DNA from: Pyrodictium delaneyi
GTDB taxonomy: Archaea; Thermoproteota; Thermoprotei_A; Sulfolobales; Pyrodictiaceae
Reading direction: 5' to 3'
Length of the DNA: 32,000 nucleotides
Assembly (NCBI RefSeq): GCF_001412615.1
Contig: NZ_CP013011.1
Location: 930,001-962,000, forward strand
The notes beneath the pieces are model-generated. The model was not told the origin of the DNA, did no database searches, and worked only from the letters and a program-made list of their open reading frames with translations. The translations under genes were made by a program, and so were the position numbers. How positions within the stretch are numbered: the stretch's first letter is position 1; the number at the start of each line of letters is the position of its first letter. Shown here piece by piece: positions 20,837 through 30,849 of this stretch.

Positions 20837-21691
20837 GTGGAGGGGGGACAGCTTATTGTATCGAAGCTAGGCGGAATAGCTCAGGCGGGTGATGCTATTG
20901 GAATTTCGCTGAGCGAGAAGCTCCACGAGATATCCCTCCGGGCCCGTCGGCGCATTATACGCATGGGCATTATCGAGAAAAGCGTCCATGTTGGTGCCTC
21001 GCTCAGCGTCCTTGATATCCTTGTCACGCTTTACTTCGGCCGGGGGCTCCGGAGGACCGGCAACCGCCCCACTGAGCGCGACTGGCTAATACTAAGCAAG
21101 GGTCACGCTGTACCCGCGCTCTACGCAGTCCTAGCAGAGAAGGGGCTAATACCAGAGGATCGCCTAGACGCCATAAGGGCTATCGACGGGCTCGAGGGGC
21201 ACCCCGACTATACTACTGAAGGCATTGACGTCTCTACGGGCAGCCTCGGCCAAGGTCTAAGCATAGCCGCCGGCATAGCCTACGCTATGAGGCTGGATGG
21301 CACCGAGGATAGGCATCGAGTGTACGTGATACTCGGCGACGGCGAGCTAGACGAGGGCCAGGTCTGGGAAGCCGCAGCAACCGTGGCACACCTAGGGCTT
21401 CGCAGCGTAGTAGCTATTGTTGATGTTAACGGATTCCAGCTCGACGGTCCTGTCGAGGCTATCAAGACTAAGGGCGACCTGGTGCTCCGCTGGCGTAGTC
21501 TAGGCTGGAGCGTAGTGGAGGTTGACGGCCACGATTATGAGATGCTCCTTTCAGCACTGAGGGTGGCCGACCAGGAGAAGAGGCCCACAGTCATACTAGC
21601 CTACACACGCCGCGGAAAGGGGCTCGGCTTCCTAGAAGCTAGTGGGGGTCAGCACATTGACCGCAAGCATGCAGACCGGTTTACCGAGTGA
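20837..21691 (+). CDS. tkt: transketolase, N-terminal (TPP-binding) subunit
   Basis: GHPDYTTEGIDVSTGSLGQGLS and the TPP motif GDGELDEGQVWEA. I place the start at GTG 20837, because the ORF-track start 20519 would overlap the divergent DAHP synthase gene by 180 nt. Confidence 0.85.
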   Translation: MEGGQLIVSKLGGIAQAGDAIGISLSEKLHEISLRARRRIIRMGIIEKSVHVGASLSVLDILVTLYFGRGLRRTGNRPTERDWLILSKGHAVPALYAVLAEKGLIPEDRLDAIRAIDGLEGHPDYTTEGIDVSTGSLGQGLSIAAGIAYAMRLDGTEDRHRVYVILGDGELDEGQVWEAAATVAHLGLRSVVAIVDVNGFQLDGPVEAIKTKGDLVLRWRSLGWSVVEVDGHDYEMLLSALRVADQEKRPTVILAYTRRGKGLGFLEASGGQHIDRKHADRFTE

Positions 21692-22637
21692 GCTAAAGGG
21701 TGTCACACGAATACGTGATGCCGTCGGCAAGGCACTACTGTTCCTCGGCGACACTGACCCCGACGTAGTGGTACTGACAGCCGATGTTGCCAGGAGTACT
21801 AGGACCTCATGGTTTGCAGACCGGTTCCCCGAGAGGTTCGTAAACATAGGCATCTCCGAACAAGACATGGTGGGGTTCGCCGCCGGGCTAGCATTAGCCG
21901 GTAAGAAGCCTTACGCAGCCGCGTTCGCAATGTTCCTTATGAGGGCCTGGGAGCAGATAAGGAACAGTATTGATCGAATGAACCTCGACGTGAAGCTAAT
22001 AGCCACACATAGCGGGTTTAGCGATCATGGTGACGGTGCTAGCCACCAGAGCCTTGAGGACATAGCATTAATGCGTGTCCTCCATAACATGGCTGTAGTG
22101 GTTCCTGCCGATCCACCACAGGCCTACAAGGCTGTAGTGAGGATCCACGAGGAAGTAAGGGGACCTGTCTACTTCAGAATAGGGCGTGACTACTCTCCCA
22201 CTGTCACTGACCCCGCCTCTGACTACAAGTTCGGAGAGCTGGAGATACTCCGGGACGGCTCCGACATAGCCATCGTCTCCGCCGGGCCACTGCTCGCCCA
22301 GGTATTGGAGGCTACCGAGGCTCTGCAGAGGGAAGGCGTAGACGCCGCAGTGGCGAATCTACACACGGTTAAGCCGCTAGACGAGCAAGGGCTAGAGGCT
22401 CTAGCCCGGCGCACCGGGCTGCTAGTAGTCGTTGAGGAGCACTTTCCCAGAGGCGGGCTCTTCGGCGCCGTAGCAGAGGCACTGGCGCAGCGCTACCCGG
22501 TTCCAGTATACCCGATCGCCGCCAAGAGCTACGGGCATAGCGCGCGCAGCGTGCTCGACCTCTATCGTGAGCACGCCCTCCTAGCTGATTCGATAGCCTC
22601 ACGCATCCTCGAGATAATAGGCCGGCATAAGAGGTGA
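21669..22637 (+). CDS. tkt: transketolase, C-terminal (pyrimidine-binding) subunit
   Basis: FVNIGISEQDMVGFAAGLA motif and a C-terminal transketolase domain. I prefer ATG 21669 (MQTGLPSELKGVTRIRDAVG); the ORF-track GTG 21642 is the alternative. Overlaps the upstream subunit gene. Confidence 0.85.
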   Translation: MQTGLPSELKGVTRIRDAVGKALLFLGDTDPDVVVLTADVARSTRTSWFADRFPERFVNIGISEQDMVGFAAGLALAGKKPYAAAFAMFLMRAWEQIRNSIDRMNLDVKLIATHSGFSDHGDGASHQSLEDIALMRVLHNMAVVVPADPPQAYKAVVRIHEEVRGPVYFRIGRDYSPTVTDPASDYKFGELEILRDGSDIAIVSAGPLLAQVLEATEALQREGVDAAVANLHTVKPLDEQGLEALARRTGLLVVVEEHFPRGGLFGAVAEALAQRYPVPVYPIAAKSYGHSARSVLDLYREHALLADSIASRILEIIGRHKR

Positions 22638-22643
22638 AGGCCC

Positions 22644-23690
22644 GTGACAAGTGGAGATGCGGCTGAGGCTCTACGTTCGAGCCTGCTCCGGATAGATCGC
22701 TCAATAGTCAGCTTGATAGCAGCACGGCTCAACATAGCTGATGTGCTGGGAGGCGTTAAGCGGAGCGAAGGCATGCCGGTCTACGATCGAGCCCGGGAGA
22801 TAACTGTCGCAAACCTCTTGGCGGAGGAGGCTCGGAGCCTTGGTGTGCCAGACAGCCTTGTCAAGGAGATATACTTCATGCTGGCCAGGGAGTCCAGGTG
22901 CCGCCAAGTATACTGCCCCGAGGCGCTAAGGATAGCATTCTACGGTTACGGCCGCATGGCTAGAATGTTAGCAGGTATACTCGCCCGCGGCGGCTGCTGG
23001 GTGGCAATAACTGGCCGTGACCCCAAGAAAGCGCAGGAGGCAGCCCAGGCCATAGGGGCACGTTATATGGAGCCATCGAGGGCCGTTGACTGGGCCGACA
23101 TGCTAGTATATGCTGTACCAGGCAATGTTGTACCAGAACTGTTTAAGAAGCATCTACCACTGCTCCGGGAAAGCATGCTGATAGCAGATATAGCCTCCGT
23201 CAAGACCCCAGTAGTGAAGCAGATAACGTCATTGCTCGGCGAGGACTCACCGGAATATGTGAGCCTTCACCCGCTATTCGGGCCGCTCGCATGTCCTGCA
23301 GGGGAAAGTATCGCTGTAGTCCCGGTGAAGCTAGAGCGATGGCGTGGAAGGCTAGAGAAGCTCTTCACGGGGATCGGGCTCAACCCGGTATACGTCACCG
23401 CTGAGGACCACGACCGTATAATGGCTGTCAACCAGGTATTACATCATCTAGTCTATGACCTCTACCGGGAAGCTGCAAAGATACTACACGAAAAGCTAGG
23501 CATAGACCCAGGACTCTCTAAGGAGCTGGTTACCTGGAGCCTAAAGAGGACGGAGAGCGTCGCTGCTAGACTAGAGCAGCTGAGAGGCGTCGTCGAGGAG
23601 ATACGGCGAGAGAACCCCTATACCGGAGAAGTCTTGGAGGCACTCAGCCAGGCACTAGAAGTGCTATCAAGACAAACCCGACACTCATAA
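22644..23690 (+). CDS. tyrA: bifunctional chorismate mutase (AroQ) / prephenate dehydrogenase
   Basis: The N-terminal ~90 aa form an AroQ-type helical domain (LRIDRSIVSLIAARLNIA...VYDRAREI). Then a Rossmann motif IAFYGYGRMARML and the PDH motif SLHPLFGP. GTG start at 22644 with GAGGTGA 6 nt upstream. Confidence 0.87.
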   Translation: MTSGDAAEALRSSLLRIDRSIVSLIAARLNIADVLGGVKRSEGMPVYDRAREITVANLLAEEARSLGVPDSLVKEIYFMLARESRCRQVYCPEALRIAFYGYGRMARMLAGILARGGCWVAITGRDPKKAQEAAQAIGARYMEPSRAVDWADMLVYAVPGNVVPELFKKHLPLLRESMLIADIASVKTPVVKQITSLLGEDSPEYVSLHPLFGPLACPAGESIAVVPVKLERWRGRLEKLFTGIGLNPVYVTAEDHDRIMAVNQVLHHLVYDLYREAAKILHEKLGIDPGLSKELVTWSLKRTESVAARLEQLRGVVEEIRRENPYTGEVLEALSQALEVLSRQTRHS

Positions 23691-23730
23691 TATAACTTCA
23701 GATTTCTTGTAACCATACACGGGAGAAGCC

Positions 23731-23958
23731 TTGCCACCAGCATTTACCGGCCACGGCATATATCTCCTTAACCCTCTAATGGGGTTAGTCTGGCTCCTCA
23801 TAGGTCTACTCATAGCGTTCTACGTCTATAGTGACTCGTCTAAGAGGTATCCGCGGGGAAGCCTAGCACCACTCATATGGACCGTCGCTGTCGTGTTTGG
23901 CGGCTTGCTAGTGTTGCTGCTCTACCTACTTGTTAGGCCGCCGGAGAGAAGAGATTGA
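23731..23958 (+). CDS. small two-TM membrane protein (resembles the PLD-nuclease/cardiolipin-synthase N-terminal type of small membrane domain)
   Basis: 75-aa ORF 40 nt downstream of tyrA with two hydrophobic helices and a LLYLLVRPPERR tail. TTG start (alternative ATG at 23779). The family assignment is from memory only. Confidence 0.5.
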   Translation: MPPAFTGHGIYLLNPLMGLVWLLIGLLIAFYVYSDSSKRYPRGSLAPLIWTVAVVFGGLLVLLLYLLVRPPERRD

Positions 23959-24050
23959 GAGAAACCAGCTAGCAGATCTAATAGTCTACGGAGAACTGGC
24001 TAATTCTGTTTCCTCAACCTTCCTCTGAAGTATTGATAGGACTTATTCAT

Positions 24051-25220
24051 TCAAAACCAGTTCTCCTTTTCTGCTTCTAGGCCTCTCTCTAGCCGGTGGT
24101 AGTGCTCTAGTCTCCAGGAGAGCCATCTGAGCAAATGGTCTGCTACTACGAGTGCTGCCATGGCTTCTACCACTGGTACTGCTCTAACCGCTATTGCGGG
24201 ATCGTGGCGTCCTCCGCCGGTCATTTCTGTCTCTTCGAGGCCCCGCCAGTCTATAGTTCGCTGCGGCAACCTTATGGTTGATGTTGGCTTGAAGGCTATT
24301 CTAGCTACTATCGGACCCCCGGTGGAGAGTCCTCCTAGGATTCCGCCGCTGTGACCCGGTGTTGGGATGGGTGCTCCCTCGGGGCTCAGGACGAGGTTGT
24401 CAGTGGCCTCGGAGCCCCTCATGCGGGCTATGGCCATTCCTGTGCCGAATTCTATTGCTTTGACACCGGGTATAGCGAAGAACGCCTTAGCCAGGTCACC
24501 ATCTAGGGTATCGAATGGCGGCTCACCGAGACCTGGCGGCACGCCTAGTATCCAGAGTTCGACGAGCCCACCAAGACTGTCACCATTCTTCATAGCCTCT
24601 ATCAATGCTTGTTCCATTTCCTTAGAGGCCTCGGCATCGTGGCAAAATACCGTGCTCTTGTTCCTCTCTTCGCGTAGTTGTTGTAGCTGTTGAATCCAGT
24701 CTTCTGCCGACCCGTTGGGCGGCGGGCACTCAGCCGGGCCTAGAGCCCGGAGGTATGCGTAGAACCTTACCCCGTGGAGGCCAGCTATCTTCTTGGCCAC
24801 CGTGCCGGCTGCGACTATGGCTGCTGTTAGTCTACCGGAGAAGGGGCCTCCGCCACGGTAGTCGTTGAACCCCATACTCCGAAGCCGGGCAGTAAGGTCG
24901 GCGTGGCCCGGGCGCGGCCGGTGGCGTACCACTTGCTCGTAGAAGCTGCTGTCCACGTCCCGGTTGCGTATCAGCATGGCGAGAGGAGCGCCAGTCGTAT
25001 AGCCCATGTAGACTCCAGAGAGTATCTCTACCCGGTCTTCTTCGCGGCGTGGCGTAGTGAGTCTCCGGCCCGGGCGGCGTAGCTCTAGCTCCCTGTTGAT
25101 CTCCTCAGGCGACAAAGGTATGCCAGGCGGTACTCCTTCTAGCACTGCGCCTATACAGCAGCCGTGACTTTCCCCGAATATCGACAGGCGGAGAGCAGAG
25201 CCCAGCGGCACCAGATACAC
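24051..25220 (-). CDS. aroC: chorismate synthase
   Basis: LSIFGESHG N-terminal motif, RPGHAD, SGRLTAA. 389 aa. Confidence 0.93.
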   Translation of the reverse strand: MYLVPLGSALRLSIFGESHGCCIGAVLEGVPPGIPLSPEEINRELELRRPGRRLTTPRREEDRVEILSGVYMGYTTGAPLAMLIRNRDVDSSFYEQVVRHRPRPGHADLTARLRSMGFNDYRGGGPFSGRLTAAIVAAGTVAKKIAGLHGVRFYAYLRALGPAECPPPNGSAEDWIQQLQQLREERNKSTVFCHDAEASKEMEQALIEAMKNGDSLGGLVELWILGVPPGLGEPPFDTLDGDLAKAFFAIPGVKAIEFGTGMAIARMRGSEATDNLVLSPEGAPIPTPGHSGGILGGLSTGGPIVARIAFKPTSTIRLPQRTIDWRGLEETEMTGGGRHDPAIAVRAVPVVEAMAALVVADHLLRWLSWRLEHYHRLERGLEAEKENWF

Positions 25221-25240
25221 CTCTGCTTTGCTATGGACTC

Positions 25241-26548
25241 CTAGGCTTCTCTTATCTCAACGCCTAGGGTTCTTAGCGCATCCCAGAAGCCGGGATACGA
25301 CTTAGCCACTACGTCCGCTGGCTCTACTATAACTGGCTTCTCGGAGACTAGGCCGAGCAGCGCCGCTGCCATAGCTATCCTGTGGTCACCATGACTGTTA
25401 TAGGTTACTCCGCCGGGGAGTCTACCACACCGCCCAGTGATTTCTATGCAGAGTCCCTCGCTAGGCGACTCCAGCAGCTTTGCCTCGACACGGGAGCGGC
25501 GGAGCAAGTCAAGCACTGCTTCAACGCGATCGCTCTCCTTGAGCCGGAGTCTCTCTATGCAGCATATTCTCGACCGGCCACAAGCAGCCGCAGCCAGGGC
25601 TGCCAGAGCGGGGGCAAGGTCGGGAGAGTCGCGGATGCAGACGCTGAAGCCTTGAAGCCTTGACGGTGCCCCTACGGTTACACTCCGGCCAGCAACCTCT
25701 ACGGGAGCGCCCATGCCCCGGAGCACGTCAACTATGACGCGGTCCGGCTGCGGGTCGTTAGGGTCTAGACCCTCCACAGTGACTTCGCCTGCTAGTGCTC
25801 CCGCCGCGAGGAGAGGTGCAGCACTGCTCCAGTCTCCTGGAACCTGGTATCTGGACGGCCTTAGGGGACCCTCGACACGGAACCAGGCGTAGCCCCTCCT
25901 CTCGACCTTGGCTCCGAAAGCTTCAAGGACACGGACGGTTATGTCCACGTAGGGCCTGGACTCTAAACCATCGACCGCCATTTCTAGGCCTCCGGGTAGA
26001 CCGGCTCCAAGGAGAAGGAGTGCTGAGAGGTACTGGCTACTCTCCCTCGCATCTACCCGTGTAGAACCGCCCTGTGCTGGTCCCTTCACGGCATGGGGAG
26101 GACAGCAACCATTAGATACCATGTACTCGACGCTGAGCCTAGTAAGGGCCTCGAGGAGAGGGCGTACAGGACGCTGGTGGAGCCTCCCCCTTCCGTAGAT
26201 AATCACTGGCTTATCAAGGAGCGATACAATACCGGTTATAAGCCGCATAGTGGTGCCGGATTCTACCGCATCTATGCAAGGCGTCCATTCCAGTGCCCCT
26301 GCACCAGGCGATGACAACTCCAGAAGGCTCTCTGCCCTATCTACTCTTGCGCCCAGCTTCTCTGCAGCAGCTAGTGTAGCCTCTGTGTCGCTACTCCATA
26401 GGGGATTCTCAATTATTGTTATACTGCCAGCCAAGAGTCCAGCGAGGATTGCACGGTGAGTATAGCTTTTTGAAGGCGGCGCTTTGACATTGCCCTCGGG
26501 TTTCGAAGGAGTTATTATTATCCTCTTGGGCAGTATCGCTTTCTGCAT
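25241..26548 (-). CDS. aroA: 3-phosphoshikimate 1-carboxyvinyltransferase (EPSP synthase)
   Basis: PPSKSYTHRAILAG (the P-x-SKS-x-x-R motif), ESGTTMRL, DHRIAMAAAL. 435 aa. Confidence 0.93.
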   Translation of the reverse strand: MQKAILPKRIIITPSKPEGNVKAPPSKSYTHRAILAGLLAGSITIIENPLWSSDTEATLAAAEKLGARVDRAESLLELSSPGAGALEWTPCIDAVESGTTMRLITGIVSLLDKPVIIYGRGRLHQRPVRPLLEALTRLSVEYMVSNGCCPPHAVKGPAQGGSTRVDARESSQYLSALLLLGAGLPGGLEMAVDGLESRPYVDITVRVLEAFGAKVERRGYAWFRVEGPLRPSRYQVPGDWSSAAPLLAAGALAGEVTVEGLDPNDPQPDRVIVDVLRGMGAPVEVAGRSVTVGAPSRLQGFSVCIRDSPDLAPALAALAAAACGRSRICCIERLRLKESDRVEAVLDLLRRSRVEAKLLESPSEGLCIEITGRCGRLPGGVTYNSHGDHRIAMAAALLGLVSEKPVIVEPADVVAKSYPGFWDALRTLGVEIREA

Positions 26549-26601
26549 CTTTCGGCCAGCCTCTAGTTGGCTCCCTCAAACCTGGGCTTAGGGAGGGGCA
26601 G

Positions 26602-26629
26602 TTATACCCTGGGCCCACCCCGTTCCCAC
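26602..26629. promoter_or_regulatory. aroA/aroK divergent promoter: TATA-like element plus a phased CCCAC pair
   Basis: TTATAC at 26602-26607. CCCAC at 26614-26618 and 26625-26629, 11 nt start to start. Contains the exact 10-mer CCGTTCCCAC (26620-26629), which is also present at 20785-20794. Confidence 0.45.
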
Positions 26630-26657
26630 AGAAATACTTGGGGGTATCGCGGTCGCC

Positions 26658-27530
26658 GTGAAGAAGCGTGGGAGAGGAAAAGCTCACGGGGCGCTTGGGA
26701 TTGTTAACGCTATAGGTAGTGGCGGCTACGGTGCGGCCGCCGCCCTTGACCTCTCCGTCGAGGTCGAGGTTTGGCTGTGTAGCAGCTCCCACGGCTACAC
26801 GGTTACCCGAGGCCAGCACGTAGACATAGACCCAGCAATACTCGATGCAGTCGCGGAGACGGCAAGCAACGTTCTCGGACGCCACGTTGCCCCTATCTGT
26901 GCGAGGGGCTTCTCAGAGGTACCCTTAGAAGCTGGGCTTAAAGGAAGCAGTGCACTGATCAACGCACTGCTCGAGGCAGTACTGGGCCTCTACGGGGTCT
27001 CCCTCGGCGTGGAAGAGCTTGCCAGGCTAGGCGTCGATGCAGCACGACGTGCTGGACTTACTGTCACTGGTGCTCTAGACGATCACCTAGCGGTGAGCGG
27101 GTGCGGCGCCTACGCCACTGATAACACACGTCAAGCTATAGTGACCCGCGAGCCCAGCCTAAGCGGCTATGCTGTGATAGCTGTACCAGGGCGCCGGAGT
27201 ATACGGGGCATAGACCTTGAGACCTTCCGGCTGTACCAGGAGCTCTACATTGCTGCCTGGAAGCTTGTACTTGCAGGTGACTGGTATGCAGCCGCGACAG
27301 TAAATGGCGTAGCCACGATGATGGCTACCGGCTCAGAGCCTAGTAAGCTCTTAGCGCTCCTAACTATGGAGGGCGTAGATGCTGTAGGTGTATCGGGCAA
27401 GGGACCAGCAGTCTACGCTATTACTAGTAGCAGAGATGTGGTTCCCAGGGTCAAGGATATGTTAGAGAAGGCAATGGGGGCTCCTACCCTAGTCTCTAGG
27501 ATAACCCCTTGCAACTCTCACTTGCACTGA
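26658..27530 (+). CDS. aroK: shikimate kinase, archaeal GHMP-kinase type
   Basis: N-terminal GKAHGALGIVNAIGSG and the GHMP motif PLEAGLKGSSALINALLEA. 290 aa. GTG start at 26658. Genomic context within the aro cluster. Confidence 0.85.
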   Translation: MKKRGRGKAHGALGIVNAIGSGGYGAAAALDLSVEVEVWLCSSSHGYTVTRGQHVDIDPAILDAVAETASNVLGRHVAPICARGFSEVPLEAGLKGSSALINALLEAVLGLYGVSLGVEELARLGVDAARRAGLTVTGALDDHLAVSGCGAYATDNTRQAIVTREPSLSGYAVIAVPGRRSIRGIDLETFRLYQELYIAAWKLVLAGDWYAAATVNGVATMMATGSEPSKLLALLTMEGVDAVGVSGKGPAVYAITSSRDVVPRVKDMLEKAMGAPTLVSRITPCNSHLH

Positions 27531-27556
27531 GCTATCCTAGTTCTATAGTCTCATAA

Positions 27557-28177
27557 CTATAACATGTAGACCACCAGCTTATCATCATACTCTACTACAC
27601 CACCGGCTACGCCTCCATTCTCGCTGTAGAGGAGGAGGAAGCGTTTAGCGTACCAATGGGTTAAGCTGAAGTAGACAGCATTAACTATGTCGACCATGCC
27701 TCCCGACACGTTGAAGACAAAAGCTATGCAGAGAGCTAGGCCTAATGTACCCCTAATCATCCCATAAGCTATCATAGCTAACGCTATGATGCTTAAGAGC
27801 TGCGGTGTAAGAGCAACTACGAGGTACTGGCGGGGGGTCATCCACGAATAGTCGATCATTATAGCGCCCATGCGTGCTACAAGCCTAAGCCGGACACCCT
27901 CTACACCTATAAGCCTCGCAGAAACCATGTGGATGAGTTCGTGGAGTACGACCACGCTCGCCAGCGACGCGGCAAGCACAATCATGTTTACTTCGATAAC
28001 ACAGCCACCCGGACTACAGCCTATAGTTCTGCCACAGAGAGGTGCAATGAGATACATTACTATTATGGGTGTGGCGAGGGCTGCTACGAGGCCGGCATAT
28101 ATGCTCCAGGCCCTTCGTACGATGACTTTCTTCTCTTCTGCACTTTTCATGGTCCTAGCCGCGCCACTCGATAGCAC
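27557..28177 (-). CDS. polytopic membrane protein with an HExxH motif (DUF3267-like putative zincin)
   Basis: About 4 TM helices, with HELIH (VVLHELIHMVSARL) at the end of TM2. The GTG start at 28177 directly abuts the pstB stop (alternative ATG at 28150). The family name is from memory. Confidence 0.7.
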   Translation of the reverse strand: MLSSGAARTMKSAEEKKVIVRRAWSIYAGLVAALATPIIVMYLIAPLCGRTIGCSPGGCVIEVNMIVLAASLASVVVLHELIHMVSARLIGVEGVRLRLVARMGAIMIDYSWMTPRQYLVVALTPQLLSIIALAMIAYGMIRGTLGLALCIAFVFNVSGGMVDIVNAVYFSLTHWYAKRFLLLYSENGGVAGGVVEYDDKLVVYML

Positions 28178-28939
28178 CTAGAGCCGGCGCAGAAGGTACT
28201 TCTCTGTCAGCTTGCTACGAGGCTCTGTGAATATCCTACTTGTCGGCCCCACTTCTACCAGCTCGCCGTAGTAGAGGAACGCAGTATAGTCCGCAACACG
28301 GGCTGCTTGTTGCGGGTTATGAGTTACTATTACTATCGGTATCTCCCGCTTGAGGTCGAGTATCAACTCCTCTATCTTCTCGGTAGCTACGGGGTCTAGG
28401 TTGGCCGTAGGCTCGTCCATGAGGAGGAGCTTGGGCTTTAGAGCGAGGGCGCGGGCTATACTTAGCCTCTGCTTCTGGCCTCCACTGAGCTTAGCGGCCG
28501 GCATGTGCAGACGGTCCTTGACCTCATCCCAGAGGTAGGCTTTCTCTAACGCCCAGCGTACTAGTTCGTCCAGCTCTTTCTTACTCTTCACCATCCTGTT
28601 TAACCGTGGGCCTATTGCTACGTTGTCGTATATGCTCATGTGCGGAAATGGGTTGGGATGCTGAAATACCATACCTATCCGGCGCCGCACCCATATGGGG
28701 TCAACATCAGGCGCGTAGATGTCGACACCGTCGAAATATACATGGCCCTCTACATGAGCATCCTCGTAGAGGTCAAGAAGTCTGTTAAATGCTCTTAGTA
28801 GTGTGGACTTACCACTACCACTAGGCCCCATTAGAGCGAAAACACTCTTATCTGGCACCTCTAGGCTGACGTTCTTGATTACGTGCTTGTCGCCAAACCA
28901 TATGTTAAGCTTCTCCGCCTTCAACACATATCTGGCCAT
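28178..28939 (-). CDS. pstB: phosphate ABC transporter ATP-binding protein
   Basis: Walker [10 protein letters not shown], signature [15 protein letters not shown], Walker B LLLMDEPT. PstB-typical length (253 aa). Confidence 0.95.
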   Translation of the reverse strand: MARYVLKAEKLNIWFGDKHVIKNVSLEVPDKSVFALMGPSGSGKSTLLRAFNRLLDLYEDAHVEGHVYFDGVDIYAPDVDPIWVRRRIGMVFQHPNPFPHMSIYDNVAIGPRLNRMVKSKKELDELVRWALEKAYLWDEVKDRLHMPAAKLSGGQKQRLSIARALALKPKLLLMDEPTANLDPVATEKIEELILDLKREIPIVIVTHNPQQAARVADYTAFLYYGELVEVGPTSRIFTEPRSKLTEKYLLRRL

Positions 28940-28941
28940 GG

Positions 28942-29811
28942 CTATAACCGCACCCCTTTTACGAGGAGCCTGGCAATCACCATTATACTGAACACTATGG
29001 TCAAGAGGATGAGGCTCGCACCCCAGGCGAGTTCATGATAGCCTGGACCTGGTTGCTGTATAAACTCGTATATGAGGAGGGGCACAGCCCCGCCGGGCTC
29101 CGTTAGGCTGGTCGGGGGCTTGTTAAACGCGCCTCCAATAGTGAATAGGAGGGGCGCAGTTTCGCCAGCAACCTTGGCCACGCCTATGAGTATGCCGACT
29201 AGTATTCCGCGACGCGCTATGCCAAGGATTATACGATACACTGCTTTGAGCCTCGAAATGCCTAGACTAAAGGCAGCCTCACGTAAGTCCTGGGGGACGC
29301 CACGGAGAGCCTCGCTCACTTGAACGGCGACATAGGGCATCATTACGAGCGAGAGGGCTAGCGCGCCAGCGAGCATGCTATAGGTACCCATAGGCTGAAC
29401 TATGGTTGCGTATATGTAGAGGCCTACGAGTATTGTGGGGAACTCTACAAGGAGAAGGCTGAGTATGAGAACTAGCCTCGAGATACCAGCACGCCGGAAT
29501 TCCGCCACGAACACGCCGGCGACGAGGGCCAGGCTTACACCTATAGCAGAGGCGAGCGCTATGAGCATGGCAGAGCCGAGTAGGACTGGGCCTATTCCTC
29601 CAGGGTTCTGGGGGTTCTGCGGTCTTGGCGGCGATGTGAGAAAGTCGAATAAGCCTACTTTCGCTATTACATTGGCACCATTGACTATTACAGTGTAGAT
29701 TATGTGGGCTAGGGGTGCTACTGCTAGGAGCGCTAGTAGGGCTAGAATTGCGAGACCTAGAATGTTAGCTAGGCGACGCCTTGACTCTATACTTGGAGTG
29801 TCGCTAGACAC
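28942..29811 (-). CDS. pstA: phosphate ABC transporter permease PstA
   Basis: Six-TM permease with the EAA-type loop ([22 protein letters not shown]). Lies between pstC and pstB. GTG start. Confidence 0.9.
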   Translation of the reverse strand: MSSDTPSIESRRRLANILGLAILALLALLAVAPLAHIIYTVIVNGANVIAKVGLFDFLTSPPRPQNPQNPGGIGPVLLGSAMLIALASAIGVSLALVAGVFVAEFRRAGISRLVLILSLLLVEFPTILVGLYIYATIVQPMGTYSMLAGALALSLVMMPYVAVQVSEALRGVPQDLREAAFSLGISRLKAVYRIILGIARRGILVGILIGVAKVAGETAPLLFTIGGAFNKPPTSLTEPGGAVPLLIYEFIQQPGPGYHELAWGASLILLTIVFSIMVIARLLVKGVRL

Positions 29812-30805
29812 GGTTCATCTCCTCCTCCCAGCGCTTTATGTAGAGTATACCTAGCGTGTTCACGACTAGGCCTATAACGAACAAGGCTAGGCCTCCGGCG
29901 AAAAGGGCGCTCTCCATGTACTCGTAGTAGCTGGCCGATTTGAACATGCTAGCTATTAGGCTCGACACAGTTATACCGGGACGCGTCACTGCTATCGGTG
30001 TATCGAGCGAGTTGCCTACGACCAGGCTTACAGCTACGGTCTCGCCCATGGCTCTGCCGAAGGCGAGCACGAGACCCGCTATTATGCTGGGTCTTACCGC
30101 GCCTAGGAGGATCCTTATTGTCTCGAATCGCGTAGCCCCGATGCTGTAAGCCGCTTCCCGTATGTGCCGGGGCAGCATGGAGTATGCTTCGCGTATTACT
30201 GCTGCCGCGTAGGGCACGATCATTATGCCAAGCATTACACCTGCAGTGGCTATAGTGTATCCCGTCACTGGTGGCTCGCTGAAGAAGGGTATCCAGCTGA
30301 AATGCTGGTACATGAAGTCTAGGAACTCCTTCATGGTTGGTGCTAGATAGGTGGCGCCCCAGACACCATAGACTATGGTGGGTGTTGCAGCCATGAGGTC
30401 TACTAGTATCGACACCACACCCCGGAGGCGTCTAGGGGTAAGCTCCTCAATGGCTACAGCCAAGCCTACTGCGAGTGGTGCAGCTATTAGTATGGCTATT
30501 GTGCTAGTGTAGAGTGTCCCATAGATTGCTGCAAGTAATCCATACTTCTCCTTCTCTGGGTTGTCCTCTACCGCTTTCCATACATTCTCAATGAATATGG
30601 ATATGCCTTCACGCTTGAGTATCGGGAGCGATTTTAGCAATATGACTGCAAGCATCGAGGACAGTATAAGGAAGACTAGAAGTGGTACGGGGAGGTGGAC
30701 TAGGAAGAACCGTTTATCGTCACGGCTACGGAGCCGTGGAAGGAATCCCCCTACCATTAGGGTAAAAACGCGCTTACGCCTTGCGGAGGCCGGGCCTCCC
30801 TTCAA
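29804..30805 (-). CDS. pstC: phosphate ABC transporter permease PstC
   Basis: Permease with the EAA-type loop (REAYSMLPRHIREAAYSIGATRFE). TTG start at 30805 (alternative ATG at 30757). Follows pstS. Confidence 0.9.
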   Translation of the reverse strand: MKGGPASARRKRVFTLMVGGFLPRLRSRDDKRFFLVHLPVPLLVFLILSSMLAVILLKSLPILKREGISIFIENVWKAVEDNPEKEKYGLLAAIYGTLYTSTIAILIAAPLAVGLAVAIEELTPRRLRGVVSILVDLMAATPTIVYGVWGATYLAPTMKEFLDFMYQHFSWIPFFSEPPVTGYTIATAGVMLGIMIVPYAAAVIREAYSMLPRHIREAAYSIGATRFETIRILLGAVRPSIIAGLVLAFGRAMGETVAVSLVVGNSLDTPIAVTRPGITVSSLIASMFKSASYYEYMESALFAGGLALFVIGLVVNTLGILYIKRWEEEMNRV

Positions 30806-30849
30806 CTCCAGCGATACCCCGCTACTAGTTCATGAGCTACTGCTGGGCG

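Noticed and set aside
26409-26885. 158-aa minus-strand ORF spanning the aroA/aroK spacer
   Set aside because: It overlaps the 5-prime ends of both aroA and aroK and runs through their shared promoter. It has no recognisable motifs, and both neighbouring genes have strong family signatures.
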